DNA from: Narcine bancroftii
Taxonomy: Eukaryota
Length of the DNA stretch: 64,000 nt
Direction: 5' to 3'
Assembly (NCBI RefSeq): GCF_036971445.1
Contig: NC_091470.1
Location: 248,310,001 to 248,374,000 of the forward strand
Both the position numbers and the translations under genes were made by a program. Shown here in pieces: positions 25,396 to 38,070 of this stretch (positions are counted from its first letter, which is position 1; each line of letters starts with the position of its first letter). The notes beneath the pieces were generated by a model, which saw nothing but the letters and a program-made list of their open reading frames with translations, had not been told where the DNA came from and did no database searches.

Positions 25396-25779
25396 TTCCG
25401 TAGATTTCAGAACTCAGTGGAAACGTTAGGCATAGAAGTATCAAAGAATTGGAAGGCAAGTTACGATATTAAATGTTTTTTGATATAATTATTTTCATGT
25501 CGCATTTTCTGAATTGATTATGAAATTAAGGAGGCCATTTGCTCCATTGAATTTGAATCAGCTCTCCGAGCAATCCTAATAGACTCATTCCCCAATGGAT
25601 TTCCCTGTAATATATTCCCTCTCACGTGCCCATTATTCTTCTACCATCCATATAATCTAGGGGTCATTTACCAACTAACACACTTTTGGGATGTAGAAGA
25701 AAATGCACACAATGACGGGGATATTGTGCAAACTCCACTCAAACACAGTACTGGAGGTCAGGAGCAATAGTCCCTAGAA

Positions 25780-27367
25780 CAGTGGCTCTCAACCTTTTTC
25801 TTTGCATTCACATACCTCTTTAAGTAATCCCTATGCCATAAGTACTTCTATGTTTAGTAAGGGATTGCTTAAGGTGGCATGTGAGTGGGAAGGAAAGGTT
25901 GAGAATTACTGCTCGAGACCCAATTGTTACTGAAATCTTTTGCTTGAGAAAAATTGTCATTGGCCCATTTCCTTTGGAGTTATAAAACCTTCTCCATTAA
26001 CAATGGCGTGAAGCAAGGCTGTGTTCTCGCACCAACCCTCTTTTCAATCTTCTTCAGCATGATGCTGAACCAAGCCATGAAAGACCCCAACAATGAAGAC
26101 GCTGTTTACATCCGGTACCGCACGGATGGCAGTCTCTTCAATCTGAGGCGCCTGCAAGCTCACACCAAGACACAAGAGAAACTTGTCCGTGAACTACTCT
26201 TTGCAGATGATGCCGCTTTAGTTGCCCATTCAGAGCCAGCTCTTCAGCGCTTGACGTCCTGCTTTGCGGAAACTGCCAAAATGTTTGGCCTGGAAGTCAG
26301 CCTGAAGAAAACTGAGGTCCTCCATCAGCCAGCTCCCCACCATGACTACCAGCCCCCCCACATCTCCATCGGGCACACAAAACTCAAAACGGTCAACCAG
26401 TTTACCTATCTCGGCTGCACCATTTCATCAGATGCAAGGATCGACAATGAGATAGACAACAGACTCGCCAAGGCAAATAGCGCCTTTGGAAGACTACACA
26501 AAAGAGTCTGGAAAAACAACCAACTGAAAAACCTCACAAAGATAAGCGTATACAGAGCCGTTGTCATACCCACACTCCTGTTCGGCTCCGAATCATGGGT
26601 CCTCTACCGGCACCACCTACGGCTCCTAGAACGCTTCCACCAGCGTTGTCTCCGCTCCATCCTCAACATCCATTGGAGCGCTTACACCCCTAATGTCGAA
26701 GTACTCGAGATGGCAGAGGTCGACAGCATCGAGTCCACGCTGCTGAAGATCCAGCTGCGCTGGATGGGTCACGTCTCCAGAATGGAGGACCATCGCCTTC
26801 CCAAGATCGTGTTATATGGCGAGCTCTCCACTGGCCACCGTGACAGAGGTGCACCAAAGAAAAGGTACAAGGACTGCCTAAAGAAATCTCTTGGTGCCTG
26901 CCACATTGACCACCGCCAGTGGGCTGATAACGCCTCAAACCGTGCATCTTGGCGCCTCACAGTTTGGCGGGCAGCAACCTCCTTTGAAGAAGACCGCAGA
27001 GCCCACCTCACTGACAAAAGGCAAAGGAGGAAAAACCCAACACCCAACCCCAACCAACCAATTTTCCCTTGCAACCGCTGCAATCGTGTCTGCCTGTCCT
27101 GCATCGGACTTGTCAGCCACAAATGAGCCTGCAGCTGACGTGGACTTTTTACCCCCTCCATAAATCTTCGTCCGCGAAGCCAAGCCAAAGAAGATAAAAC
27201 CGTGCACATAACAAGTCAATCAGGTAGGATTAAAACAGTGGTTTTCAAACATTTTATTTCCATCTACATCTAACTTTAAGCAATCCCTTACTAATCACAG
27301 AGGACCTATGGCATAGGGAATACTTAAAGTGGTATGTGAGTGGAAAGAAAAAAGTTGAGAACCACTG
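25780..27367. mobile_element. hAT/Charlie-like MITE of two inverted 132-bp self-palindromic units, interrupted by RTE copy 2
   Basis: Left unit 25780-25911 CAGTGGCTCTCAACC...GGTTGAGAATTACTG; right unit 27236-27367 CAGTGGTTTTCAAAC...GTTGAGAACCACTG. Confidence 0.8.
25990..27193 (+). mobile_element. Young RTE-clade LINE, copy 2 (1204 bp), 8-bp TSD ATAAAACC
   Basis: TSD at 25982-25989 and 27194-27201. Colinear with copy 1 at offset 10990 with about 6 substitutions, including a CGA>TGA stop at the ORF end. Confidence 0.96.
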
Positions 27368-27891
27368 CTAACTTTGCAGCAGACAGCACCATTGATGTAT
27401 TAATGTGCATCAAGTTGAGGTCACAATTGTGAGAATATTCTGAAAGGCCATTGTGCTTAGCGTCTGATGTCCTATTATAATAAATGATTATTAAAAATGT
27501 TGTTCAAAAAGCACATCTTGTCAGCCTGGATAGTCAGTATTTGAAGGGTTAATTGATAGGTTCTAGTATTTGAAGGATTAATTGCTGAAAGCAGATCCTG
27601 CTAAGAAGAAGCCAGTTAACCCATAATAGTAAAAGAGAAAAATAAGTTAGTTATGATCACTTCTTCAGCTAATTCTTTGCATCTCCTGCTTTTAACCTGG
27701 TATCTGGTTTTGGTCAGATGAGGATATATTTTAATCCAAGATGGCACAAAGCTTTACTCTTTTGAAATTTAGGGTATTAATTGTATTTAAGAACATTTAA
27801 TAAATTGTACAGGACATTTCCTAGATTCAAATTGTGTTTTGCATATCTCCTTTGCAGCTATCTTGTAAGTGATGATACTGTGGTAAATAGA

Positions 27892-28364
27892 TTTCTTCTT
27901 CTTTGGCTTGGCTTCGCGGACGAAGATTTATGGAGGGGGTAAAAAGTCCACGTCAGCTGCAGGCTCGTTTGTGGCTGACCAGTCCGATGCGGGACAGGCA
28001 GACACAATTGCAGCGGTTGCAAGGGAAAATTGGTTGGTTGGGGTTGGGTGTTGGGTTTTTCCTCCTTTGCCTTTTGTCAGTGAGGTGGGCTCTGCGGTCT
28101 TCTTCAAAGGAGGCTGCTGCCCGCCAAACTGTGAGGCGCCAAGATGCACGGTTTGAGGCGTTATCAGCCCACTGGCGGTGGTCAATGTGGCAGGCACCAA
28201 GAGATTTCTTTAGGCAGTCCTTGTACCTTTTCTTTGGTGCACCTCTGTCACGGTGGCCAGTGGAGAGCTCGCCATATAATACGATCTTGGGAAGGCGATG
28301 GTCCTCCATTCTGGAGACGTGACCCATCCAGCGCAGCTGGATCTTCAGCAGCGTGGACTCGATG
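27892..28364 (-). mobile_element. Young RTE-clade LINE, copy 3 (3' ~470 bp)
   Basis: Reverse complement of the same 3' end with a (GAA)3 tail; ORF from IESTLLKIQLRW to HKRACS. Confidence 0.96.
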
Positions 28365-30319
28365 TAAGCTGTGTATATAACCTTCCAGATTCTAATATAA
28401 GGTGAAGGTAAAGGTTCCATTATTTTCACATAATACTACATTTAGAATGTAATATACATGAAATTCTTTAACTTTTCCCTATTGTAAGGCAGACAGAGAG
28501 TCACCACCTTGACTACTATGAGGAATTGTAACACATTATGCTAATCTTATGGAATTCTTCTGTGCTATGCCTGTTGTTTCTGGGTGAGACAATCATTTTA
28601 CAACACCCCTATTGTTAAGATAGCTCTGTGTTATAATTTGCCAATGTGCTGTGGCCTAAGTCATAAACATTCTTTTATTAGAGAATCAAAGAGATAGTGA
28701 ATGTGAATGTAAATGTTTTTCTTCGATATCTGAGTAAGTGGTTCATCAGTGTAGATGCAAGGAAATTTGTATCAAACCCACTTTGTATTCTGTTAATTAT
28801 GCATTCCCTTTAAAAAGATTTTCCCACTAGTTGGAGTTGTTAAAGACATTGACTCATCTTCCGTAACATGGATAGAATTAACAATATTGAATTTACAGTA
28901 TTGCTGTAGCGTGATGAGACAACACGGTCTTTCTTTCTTACTGTCCTCAATTGCAAGCTATTAAACAAAATATTATTAATATTTACTTCACATTTTTCAT
29001 GTCATCAGAAATACTTCAAAACAATATTGGAAATTGAGTAGTATTCTAGATTTTAGCATTGTGTCCACTAGTGGGTGAGGACATGGGAATCAATGTTCTT
29101 TTTCTTGAGGTTACATTTTATCATTCTGTTCAATAATCAAATCTTCATTTGCCCCATAATCATTGGTGATCTCTGACATGCTCCAAGCCTTGCATCTTGC
29201 ATACCTCAAATTTTAATCATTCACTTGCCTGGATTGCCAGCATTGGATGTACCTCCCTGAAGCTCTCCACCTCTCTTTCTCACTTTCGTCCTCATAAGAT
29301 AGTCCTCCGACCCGCCCTCCAATAGTCACCAGCCTAAAAATTTTTTATGCAGCTTAGAGTCAACTTTTATATGGTACTCAGATTTACCCATCCCCAATAA
29401 ACACTTTGGGAGATGGTGAAAGATGAAAGAGCATGGATCATTTTAATCTCGTGTTAAATAAATAAAAATAGGGTATTTTGTAGTCAGGGATAAAAGTAGC
29501 AAATTTCTTATTGGTACAGTTCTGTCACATATATAACCTTAGCTTTTTATTTAAGCATTACCCTTACCAGTCATCCTTTAAACTAATGGTGTTGTAAATG
29601 TTTCCTTTGGCTTTCAAACTTTGCTTTTGAAGTAGTCATCCGTCTTCTCATTAATGCCATTTTCCTCAAGGGGAGGTGAAGTGAGGAACAAAAAGGAATG
29701 AATCCTCATGGATATTAACCAGTGTTCATCTGAAAATTGGGAAGTACATGTCCAAAGGATTGCAAACTGAAACCATGGGCATCTTGTGTTGTTTATTTTG
29801 AGCTAAGACCGTTTCAGTAGACATTTCCTTTGATATCCACCATATTCACACTACTGCTCGACAAACCAGTGAAATTGTTTAAAAATTAGTGAAGGCAGAG
29901 CAAATGTATTTTTACAAGAGTCTCAATGTTGCTTACAGTCACTGTAGTTTGATGGGCAAACAAGTTAGGTAAAGAATCAAATAAATTTATAGCACAGAGG
30001 TGGCCATTCAGACTAGTATTCTAAGGGGGCTGATGAAGAACTAATCATCTTATTTCCACTTTCCAGATCCATAGCTCATGGATTATGAGGGTTATTAAGC
30101 ATCATTATATATGTGGTGAGAGTTTATTCAGTTACTCTGTGGTTGAACAAAATCTCTCAGGCCCCCTCCAAAAATTTCACAATTATCTTTATTCTAATTT
30201 TTGACCCCTCTGCTAAGGGAAATGGATCTTTCTTATGATTAGTCATGCTATTCCAAACAACAAAAAAAACAATTGCCCAACCATTCTGAGTTAGCGAATA
30301 GGCAGAGAGATGCAAGGTG

Positions 30320-32810
30320 ACAAAACAGAGCAGTCGATGTGGTGCACATAGATTTTAGTATGGCACTTGACAAGGTTCCCCATAGTAGGCTCATCTAGAA
30401 AGTCATGAGGCCTGTGACTCATGCAAACTTGGATATGTGGATTCACAATTGGCTTGCCCAAAGAAGGCTGAAGGCGGTAGTAGATGGAACATAGTCTGAC
30501 CTGAGGTCAGTATTGCATGATGTTCTGTGGGGACCTATTCTGGGGTCCCTGCTCTTTGTGATTTTAAAAAGTGACTTGGATGAGGAAGTGGAGCGATGGG
30601 TTAGTAAGTTTGTAGATGACGCAATGGTTGGAGGTGTTTTGGATAGTACAGAAGGTTGTCATAAGTTACAATGTGGTATAGACAGGATGCACAATTGGGT
30701 GGAGAAATGGTAGAAGGAGTTCAATCTAGAAAAGTGTGAAGTGATGCACTTTCGAGAATCAAACTTGAAGTTCGAGTACAAGGTTAATGGCAGGATCTTT
30801 AGAAGTATGGATGGACAGAGGAATCTTGGAGTCCATCCATAAATCCTTAAAGTTGTCGTGCAAATTAGTAAGGTGGTTAAGAAGTTTATAATGTGGTGGC
30901 TTTCAATAGTCAGGGGATTAAATTCAAGAGCTACAAGGTAAAGTTGCAGCTCAATAAAACACTTATGAGACCACACTTATAGTGTTTTGTATGTTCTGGT
31001 CATCTGTTACAGGAAGGATGTGGAAGCTATGGAGAGATTTACCAGGACGTTGCCTGGATTGGAGAACAAGTCATACAAAGCAAGGTTAACCGATCCACGG
31101 CTTTCCTCTTTAGTGCATCAATGATGAAAGGCACTTAGAGAATCAGAATTTATTATCATTAACAAGTCACAAAATTCATTGTTTTGTGGCAGCTTCACAG
31201 TGCAAACATTTATATAAACCTCCTTACCACAACAATTAAAAATAGTGCACGAAAAGTCAAAGTAAGGCAGTGTTTTTGGTTCATTGATTATTCAGGAATC
31301 TGATGGCAGCGGGGAAGAAGCTGTCCTTGTGCTGTGGAGTGCTCGTCCTTAGACTCCTGTACCTTTTTCCTGATGGTAGCAGAGTGCATGGGCTTGATGG
31401 TGAAGGTCCTTGAGGACAGAGGCTGCTTTTTTTAAGATACCTCCTCTTGTAGATGTCTTCGATGGAGTGAAGTCTGGTGCCCGTGATGTTGCAGGCTGAA
31501 TTAACATCCCTCTATTTTTAACTTGTCCTGAGAGTTGGCACCTCCATACCAGTCAGTGATGCAACTAGCCAGTATGCTCTCTATGGTACACCTGTAGATG
31601 TTTTTGAGAGTCTTCAGTGGCATACCAAATCTCCTCAAACACCTCACGAATAAAGCCGCTGGTGAGCCTTCTTTATGAAGGTATCAACATGGAAGCTCAA
31701 GGACAATACTGAGGGAATAATGGAATTGAAGGGTGAGCTGTAGTCTATGACGAGCACCATTATGTATGAGTTGTTTATTTCGAGGTGATCCAGAGCTGAA
31801 CCAATGATATTTCACCTGCTGTGGAGTGATTGTGGTGATAGGTGAATTGCAGTGGGTTCAGATCTTTACTTAGGTTTGTGTTAATTCTGGCCATGTCCAA
31901 CCTCTCAAAGCATTTCATCAAATTAGATGTTAGGGTCACTGGGTGATAGTCATTGAGGCAGCTCACTCTGTTCTTCTTGGGCACTGGGATGATTAATGCC
32001 CTTTTGAAGCAGTTGGGAACCTCTGACTGCAGCAATGAGAGGTTGAAAATGTTTGTGAACACTCTGGCTAGTTGGTTGGCATGTATTTTCAGTACCTGCC
32101 AGGTCGCCATCAGGGCCTGACGCCTTGACTATCCTTCACCCTCTTGAATGATGTTCTGACATCTTCCTCAGAGACAGGTATCACAGGGTCCTCAGCCTTT
32201 GCAGGGATTCTAGTAGGGTTCCTCTTCTCAAAGCAGGCATAGAAGGTGTTCAGCTTATCGGGCAATGAAGCATCACCGCCATCAATGGTTTTCGCCCTCG
32301 CTTTGGAGGTTTTAATGCCCTGGACTCCCTGCCATAGCTGACATGTATCTGTCTCTGTCTCTAGCTTTCTCCAGAATTGCCACTTTGAATCAGAGATAGC
32401 CATCCGCAGGTCACACCTGGACTTCCTTTGAAGATATGGATCTCTACAAGAAGGAGGTGCATAAGCTTGTGAGAGGCAAAGGTAGAATAGATAGCCAGCA
32501 CTTTTTCCCCAGCACAGAAATGGCCAATACCAGAGGTCATCTGTTTAAGAAAAATTTTAGGGGAGATACCAGAGGTTAGTTTTTAACAGAGAGTGCTTGG
32601 GCGCCTGGAACACACTCCTGGAGGTGGTGGTGGAAGCTGGTGCAATCAGTATATTTAAAAGACTCTAAGATAGGCACGTGGATGTAAGTAAAATGTAAGG
32701 TTATGGGTTGTGAGGGGATGGAAGGGGTAGATTGATAATGGAGAAGGTTTACATCGGTTGGCACAACATTGTGGGCTGAATGGCTGTACTGTGCTGTATT
32801 TTTCTATGAA
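30320..32810 (+). mobile_element. CR1 LINE split by a Rex1/Babar-like insertion
   Basis: RT remnants at 30320-31140 (SKFVDDAMVGG). CR1 sequence resumes near 32450 (GAGGTGCATAAG) and runs to the tail TTCTATG. Confidence 0.85.
31141..32440 (-). mobile_element. Rex1/Babar-like LINE fragment
   Basis: Minus ORFs LPDKLNTFYACFE and FNLSLLQSEVPNCFKRALIIPVPKK..CLNDYHPVTLTS..MKCFERL; 3' end AATAAATTCTGATT on the minus strand. Confidence 0.9.
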
Positions 32811-34066
32811 CAAGTAAATCCCTTCTGCTCTTCCATTAGTTCAAGTTTTTTGTGAAGTCTGTAAAATCAATTTCAAGTTCTACTTTATTGTCACAGTGGA
32901 GTGAGGGGGCAGCAGAGTGGTGGGGCTTTGGCTCAACAGGCTTAGGGGCTAATGAGGTAAGGTAGGTTTACCTGTGTTAACTGCGGACAGAAGTATGTGT
33001 GTGAGGCTAGTGTTCTGTCCTCAGTGTCAGATGTGGGAGGTCCTGGAGTCTCCCAACTCCCTAGAGAGCCATATCTGCACCCAGTGTGTTGAGGTGCAGC
33101 TCCTAAGGGACTGTGTTAGGGAACTAGATTGGAAGCTCGATGACCTTCGTCTGGTCAGGGAGAGTGAGGAGGAGTTATAAGCTGGTGGTCACACTGGGGC
33201 CACAGGAGGCAGACATATAGGTCCCAGTCAGGAGGGGGAAGGGGAAGAGTCGGGTATTAGAAAGTACCCCTGTGGCTGTACCTCTTGACAAGAAGTATTC
33301 CTGTTTGAGTACTGCTGGGGGAGACACCCTACCTTGGGGAAGCAACAATGTCTTTGCCTCTGCCACAGAGTCTGGCCCTGTGGCTCAGAAGGGTAACGAA
33401 AGGAAGAGGAAGGCAGTAGTGATAGGGGTCTCTATAGTTAGGGGTTTAGACAGTCGAATCTGTGGACGCAAGAAAGAAACTATGATGGTGGTTTGCCTCC
33501 CAGTTTCCAGGGTCTGGGATGTTTCAAATTGTGTCCAAGATATCTTGCAGTGGGAGGGAGAACAGCCAGAGGTCATGGTACATATTTGTACCAATGACAT
33601 AGATAGGAAACGGGAAGAGGTCCTGAAAAATTACTACAGGGAGTTAGGAAAGTAGTTGAGAAGCAGGACCACAAAGGAAGTAATCTCAGGATTACTGCTT
33701 TTGCCAAGTGACAGTGAGCATAGGAATAGAATGAGGTGCAAGGGATTGGAGCAGGGCCCAAGGATTTAGATTTCTGGATCATTGAGACCACTTTTGGGGC
33801 AGGTGTGACCTGTACAAAAAGGACAGGTTGCACTTTAATCCCAGGGGGTCCAATATCCTGATGGGGAGGTTTACTAAGTCTACTGGGGAGAGTTTAAACT
33901 AGAATTGTTGGGGGGGGGGAACCGAACTGAAGAAGCTGGGGAAGAGGTGGTTGGATCACAAATAGGGAAAGCTTGGTGACAGTGTGTGAGGGTGGATAGG
34001 CAGGTACAGAGAAGGGATGCGCTCAGACAGATGGTTTGAGATGTGCCTATTTTAAAGCAAGGAGTG

Positions 34067-34584
34067 CAGGTGCTCCTTAACCTACAATGGGGTTGCGTTC
34101 CGGCACACCCATCATAAGTCGGAAAAAAATTGTTGTCGAAAAAGAAATCAGGTATACCTTATATAACTCCGACAGTGCTGTATCAGTTCCCACACTGATC
34201 CCACTGCCCTGCTCTCTCCCCACAGGCCTTTATCATTTGCAACACTGATCCCCCTGCCCCGCTCTCCCCCGCTCTCCCCCACACTTATCCCACTGCCTCA
34301 GTCTCTCCTGACAAAGCTGTATCAGTCCCCACACTTATCTCACTCTCTCCCGACAGCGCTGTACCCTGCAAGCTTTCCAACTGAATTAAAAGAAGTGATT
34401 GACCAAGGAGCTGACAAAGAATTCACCTTAGAGAAATTATCAAAGTTTATTGGAAAATTCAATGATGCTTGTGATGACTTTAATTTAAAGTATTACATGA
34501 AAGTAAATATCGACAGCAACACTATTGTACCATCGTAACTTTGGAAAATCGTAAGTCAGACCATCGTAAGTAGGGGAGAATCTG
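34067..34584. mobile_element. Tigger/pogo-like MITE inside the CR1 endonuclease region
   Basis: TIRs CAGGTGCTCCTTAACCTACAATGG and CCATCGTAAGTAGGGGAGAATCTG; flanks TG and TA (mutated TA TSD). It interrupts CR1 YFKARS|IVNK and holds C-rich tandem repeats at 34170-34365. Confidence 0.8.
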
Positions 34585-34621
34585 TATTGTGAATAAAAGG
34601 GTGAAAAAGGGGTGACCAACC

Positions 34622-34701
34622 TTTTAATTTTTAATTTAGACAACAGGCCATTTCAGCCCATGAGCGGGTCCCGTGGGTGTAGGTTAATTGGGCGGCATGG
34701 A
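34622..34701. mobile_element. Short SINE fragment with internal inversion
   Basis: Minus-strand SINE tail followed by the next SINE segment in plus orientation; compare the SINE at 63330-63570. Confidence 0.6.
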
Positions 34702-37424
34702 TTAAAAATGAACAGGTTGGTACTTAGTGCATGGATTGGTACTCGGAACTATGATGTAATGCTCATTACAGAAACTTGGATGGCTCAGGGACAGGAATGG
34801 TTACTTGAAGTTTTAAGATTTTAGATATTTCAGAAAGGACAGGGAGGGAGGCAAAAGAGGTGGGGGCATGGCACTGTTGATCAGACGTAGTATTATGGCT
34901 GCAGAAAAGGCGGGCGTTATCAAGGGCATGTCTTCAGAATCTCTGTGGGTGGAGGTTAGGAACAGGAAGGGGTCAATACTTTAGTGTGTGTTTTTTTTTA
35001 TAGGCCACCCAATAGGAACAGGTATATCGAGGAACAGATAGGGAAACAGATCCTGGGAAGGTGTAATAATAGCAGAGTTGTTGTGATGGAAGATTTTAAT
35101 TTCCCAAATATTAATTGGCATCTCCCTAGAGCAAGGAGTCTAGATGGGGTGGAGTTTGTTAAGAATGTTCAGAAAGGTTTCTTGACACAATATGTAGGTA
35201 AGACTACAGGAGGAGAGACTGTACTGTATTGGGAAAGGAACCTGGTCAGGAGACAGATCTCTCAGTCCGAGAGCATTATGGAGATGGTGATCATAATTTT
35301 ATCCCTTTACAATAGTATTGGAGAGAGATAGGAACAGACAAGTTAGAAAAGTGTTTCATTGGAATAAGGGGAATTATGAAGCTATCAGATAGGAAACTGG
35401 AAGCTTAAATTGGAAACACATGTTCTCAGGGAAAAATACAGAAGAAATGTGGCCAATATTCAAGGGATATTTGTGTGGAGCTTTGCATAGGTACGTTCCA
35501 ATGAGACGAGTAGGGTACTGTAACCATGGTGTACAAAGGCTGTAATAAATCTAGTCAGAAATAAAAGCTTACAAAAGGTTCAGAGAGCCTGGTGATGTTA
35601 GAGATCTAGAAGATTATAAGGCTAACAGGAAGGAGCTTAAAAAGGAAATTAGGAGAGCCAGAAAGGGCCATAAGAAGGCCTTGGTGGGCAGGATTAAGGA
35701 AAACTTCAAGGCATTCTACAAGTATGTGAAGAGCAAGTAGATAAGATGTGAAATGTAGGACCTAGCAAGTGTGACAGAGGGAAAGTGTGTATGGAACTGG
35801 AAGAAATAGCAGACGTACTTAATGAATATTTTACTTCTGTATTCACAATGGAAAAGGATCTCGGTGATGGTAGTGATGACTTGGGACCAGATGAGATACT
35901 ATGGGAGGTGAGGGAGGAGATTGCTGAGCCTCTTGTGATGATCTTTGAATCATCAATGGGGATGAAAGAGGTACCAGAGGATTGGAGGGTTTGCAGATGT
36001 TGTTCCTTTATTCAAGAAAGGGAGTAGAGATTAGCCCAGGAAATTATAGACCAGTGAGTCTTACTTCAGTGGTTGGTAAGTTGATGGAGAAGATTCTGAG
36101 AGGAAGGATTTATGAACATTTGGAGAAGTATAATATGATTAGGAATATTCAGCATGGCTTTTTTGTCAAGGGCAGGTCATACCTCGCGAGCCTGATTGAA
36201 TTTTTTGAAGCTGTGACTGAAGGAAGAGCAGTAGATGTGGTGTACATGGATTTCTGCAAGGCATTTGATAAGGTACCCCTGGTATACAAGGAGAAAGCAA
36301 GGAGGCATGGGATCCGGGGACATTGCTTTGTGGATTCAGAACTGGCTTGACCACAGAAAGCAAAGACGGGTCAAATTCTGCATGGAGGTCGGTGTCCAGT
36401 GGTGTGCCTCAGGGATCTGTTCTGTGACCTTTACTCTTTGTGATTTTTTATAAATGACCTGGATGAGGAAGTGGAGGGATAAGGTTAGAAAGTTTGCTGA
36501 TGACACAAAGGTTGAAGATGTTGTGGAAGGGTGTCAGAGGTTACAGCAGGACATTGATAGGATGCAAATCTAGGCTGAGAAGTGGCAGATGGAGTTCAAC
36601 CCAGATTTGGTTGGCCAAATATGATGGGAGAATATAGTATTAATAGTAAGACAGTGTGGTGGTGTGGAAGATCAGAGAGATCTTGGGGTCTGAGTCCATA
36701 GGACACTCAAAGCAACTGCGGAAATTGATTCTGTGGTTAAGACATCATATGGGGTATTGGCCTTCAGTAATTGTGAAATTGAATTTAGGAGCCGAGAGGT
36801 AATGTTGCAGGTAATATAGGACCCTGATCAGACCCCAATATGTTCAGTTCTGATCATCTCATTATTGGAAGGATGTGGAAGTCATAGAAAGGGTGCATAG
36901 GAGATTTACAAGGATGTTGCCTGGATTAAGGAGCATGCCTTATGAAAACAGGTTGAGTGAATCCTGCCTTTTATCCTTGGAGCAACGGAGATGAGAAGTG
37001 ACCTGATAGAGGTGTATAAGATGATGAGAGGTATTGATCATGTGCGTAGTCAGAGGCTTTTTTTCCCAGGGCTGAAATGGTTACCACAAGAAGATATGGG
37101 TTTAGGATGCTGGAGAGTGGTTACAGAGCAGATGTCAGGGGTAAGTTTTATATGCAGTGAGCGGCGAGTGCATGGAATGGGCTGCGTGCAATGGTGGTGG
37201 AGGCAGATGTGATTATGTCTTTTAAGAGACTTTTGGAGCTTAATTTCAAAGGATATTTCAGGGGCTAGGCAGATGACCAAAATATAGTAGGTTTTAAAAG
37301 AGCCTTTTCATTTGGTAATTTTGAATATATATCTATTCCAAACCATCCTGGAGTCCTGAGTCAGTACAGAGTTGGAAATGTTCAGTGTCCATGTGTGAGG
37401 AAGGGGGAAGGGAGCCACATGCAC

Positions 37425-38070
37425 AGGAAGAAGAGGTCTTCAAGTGAAAGTTCATTTATTAATATCATCCACTTATATAAGTACAACTGGATGAGACAGC
37501 GTTCTTTAGTACTCGGTGTAAAACATACAAACTCATATATAGACACAGCACACATATTTACAAGCAATCTATATGCAGTACATGTATAAAAATAAACAAA
37601 TATTGTTAAATAAATAGAAGCATATTGGAGGATTGTATAAGCAGTTCATCAGTTATTCAGTAGTCTCACTGCCTGTGGGAAGAAGCTGTTTCTCAACCTC
37701 TTCTTCCCAAGGGGAGTAGCTGAAAGATTCTATGTGTGGGGTGGAAGGGTTCCTTAATAATTTTGCAAACCCTCTTCAGATATTGATCCCAGTAGTTCAC
37801 ATCAATGCGGGGGAGGGAGAACCCCATGATTCTCTCTGTCACTCCTATGGTCCTGTGGATTGTCCTTCAATCCAATGCCCTACAGCAACTGTACCACACT
37901 GTAATGCAGCTAACCAGGACACTCTCACTAGAGGTCCTGTAGAAAGTTGATAGGATTGTGGTCGATAGCCTTTCCCAACTTAATCTTCTCAGGAACTAAT
38001 GCACCTACTTGACAAATGAGGAGATGTTGTGTGTCCAGTATAGTCACTAGTTAAATGGACTCCAAGGAAC
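37425..38070 (-). mobile_element. Rex1/Babar-like LINE 3' fragment
   Basis: GGGAAGAAGCTGTTTCTCAACC, CCACACTGTAATGCAGC and ACTCCAAGGAAC are the reverse complement of the Rex-type C-terminal region. Confidence 0.7.

Larger units (their letters stand above)
32895..37235 (+). mobile_element. Near full-length decayed CR1 LINE (ORF1 zinc finger/coiled coil/esterase; ORF2 APE and RT)
   Basis: ORF1: CPQCQMWE..HICTQC, VVIGVSIVRG..VCLP..VHICTNDI. ORF2: ITETW, YRPP, EDFNFP, NYRPVSLTS, DFCKAFD, FADD. Confidence 0.93.

Noticed and set aside
25954-25989. Apparent N-terminus (MSLAHFLWSYKT) of the 390-aa ORF
   Set aside because: A non-ATG start in MITE sequence fused by chance to the truncated RTE frame.
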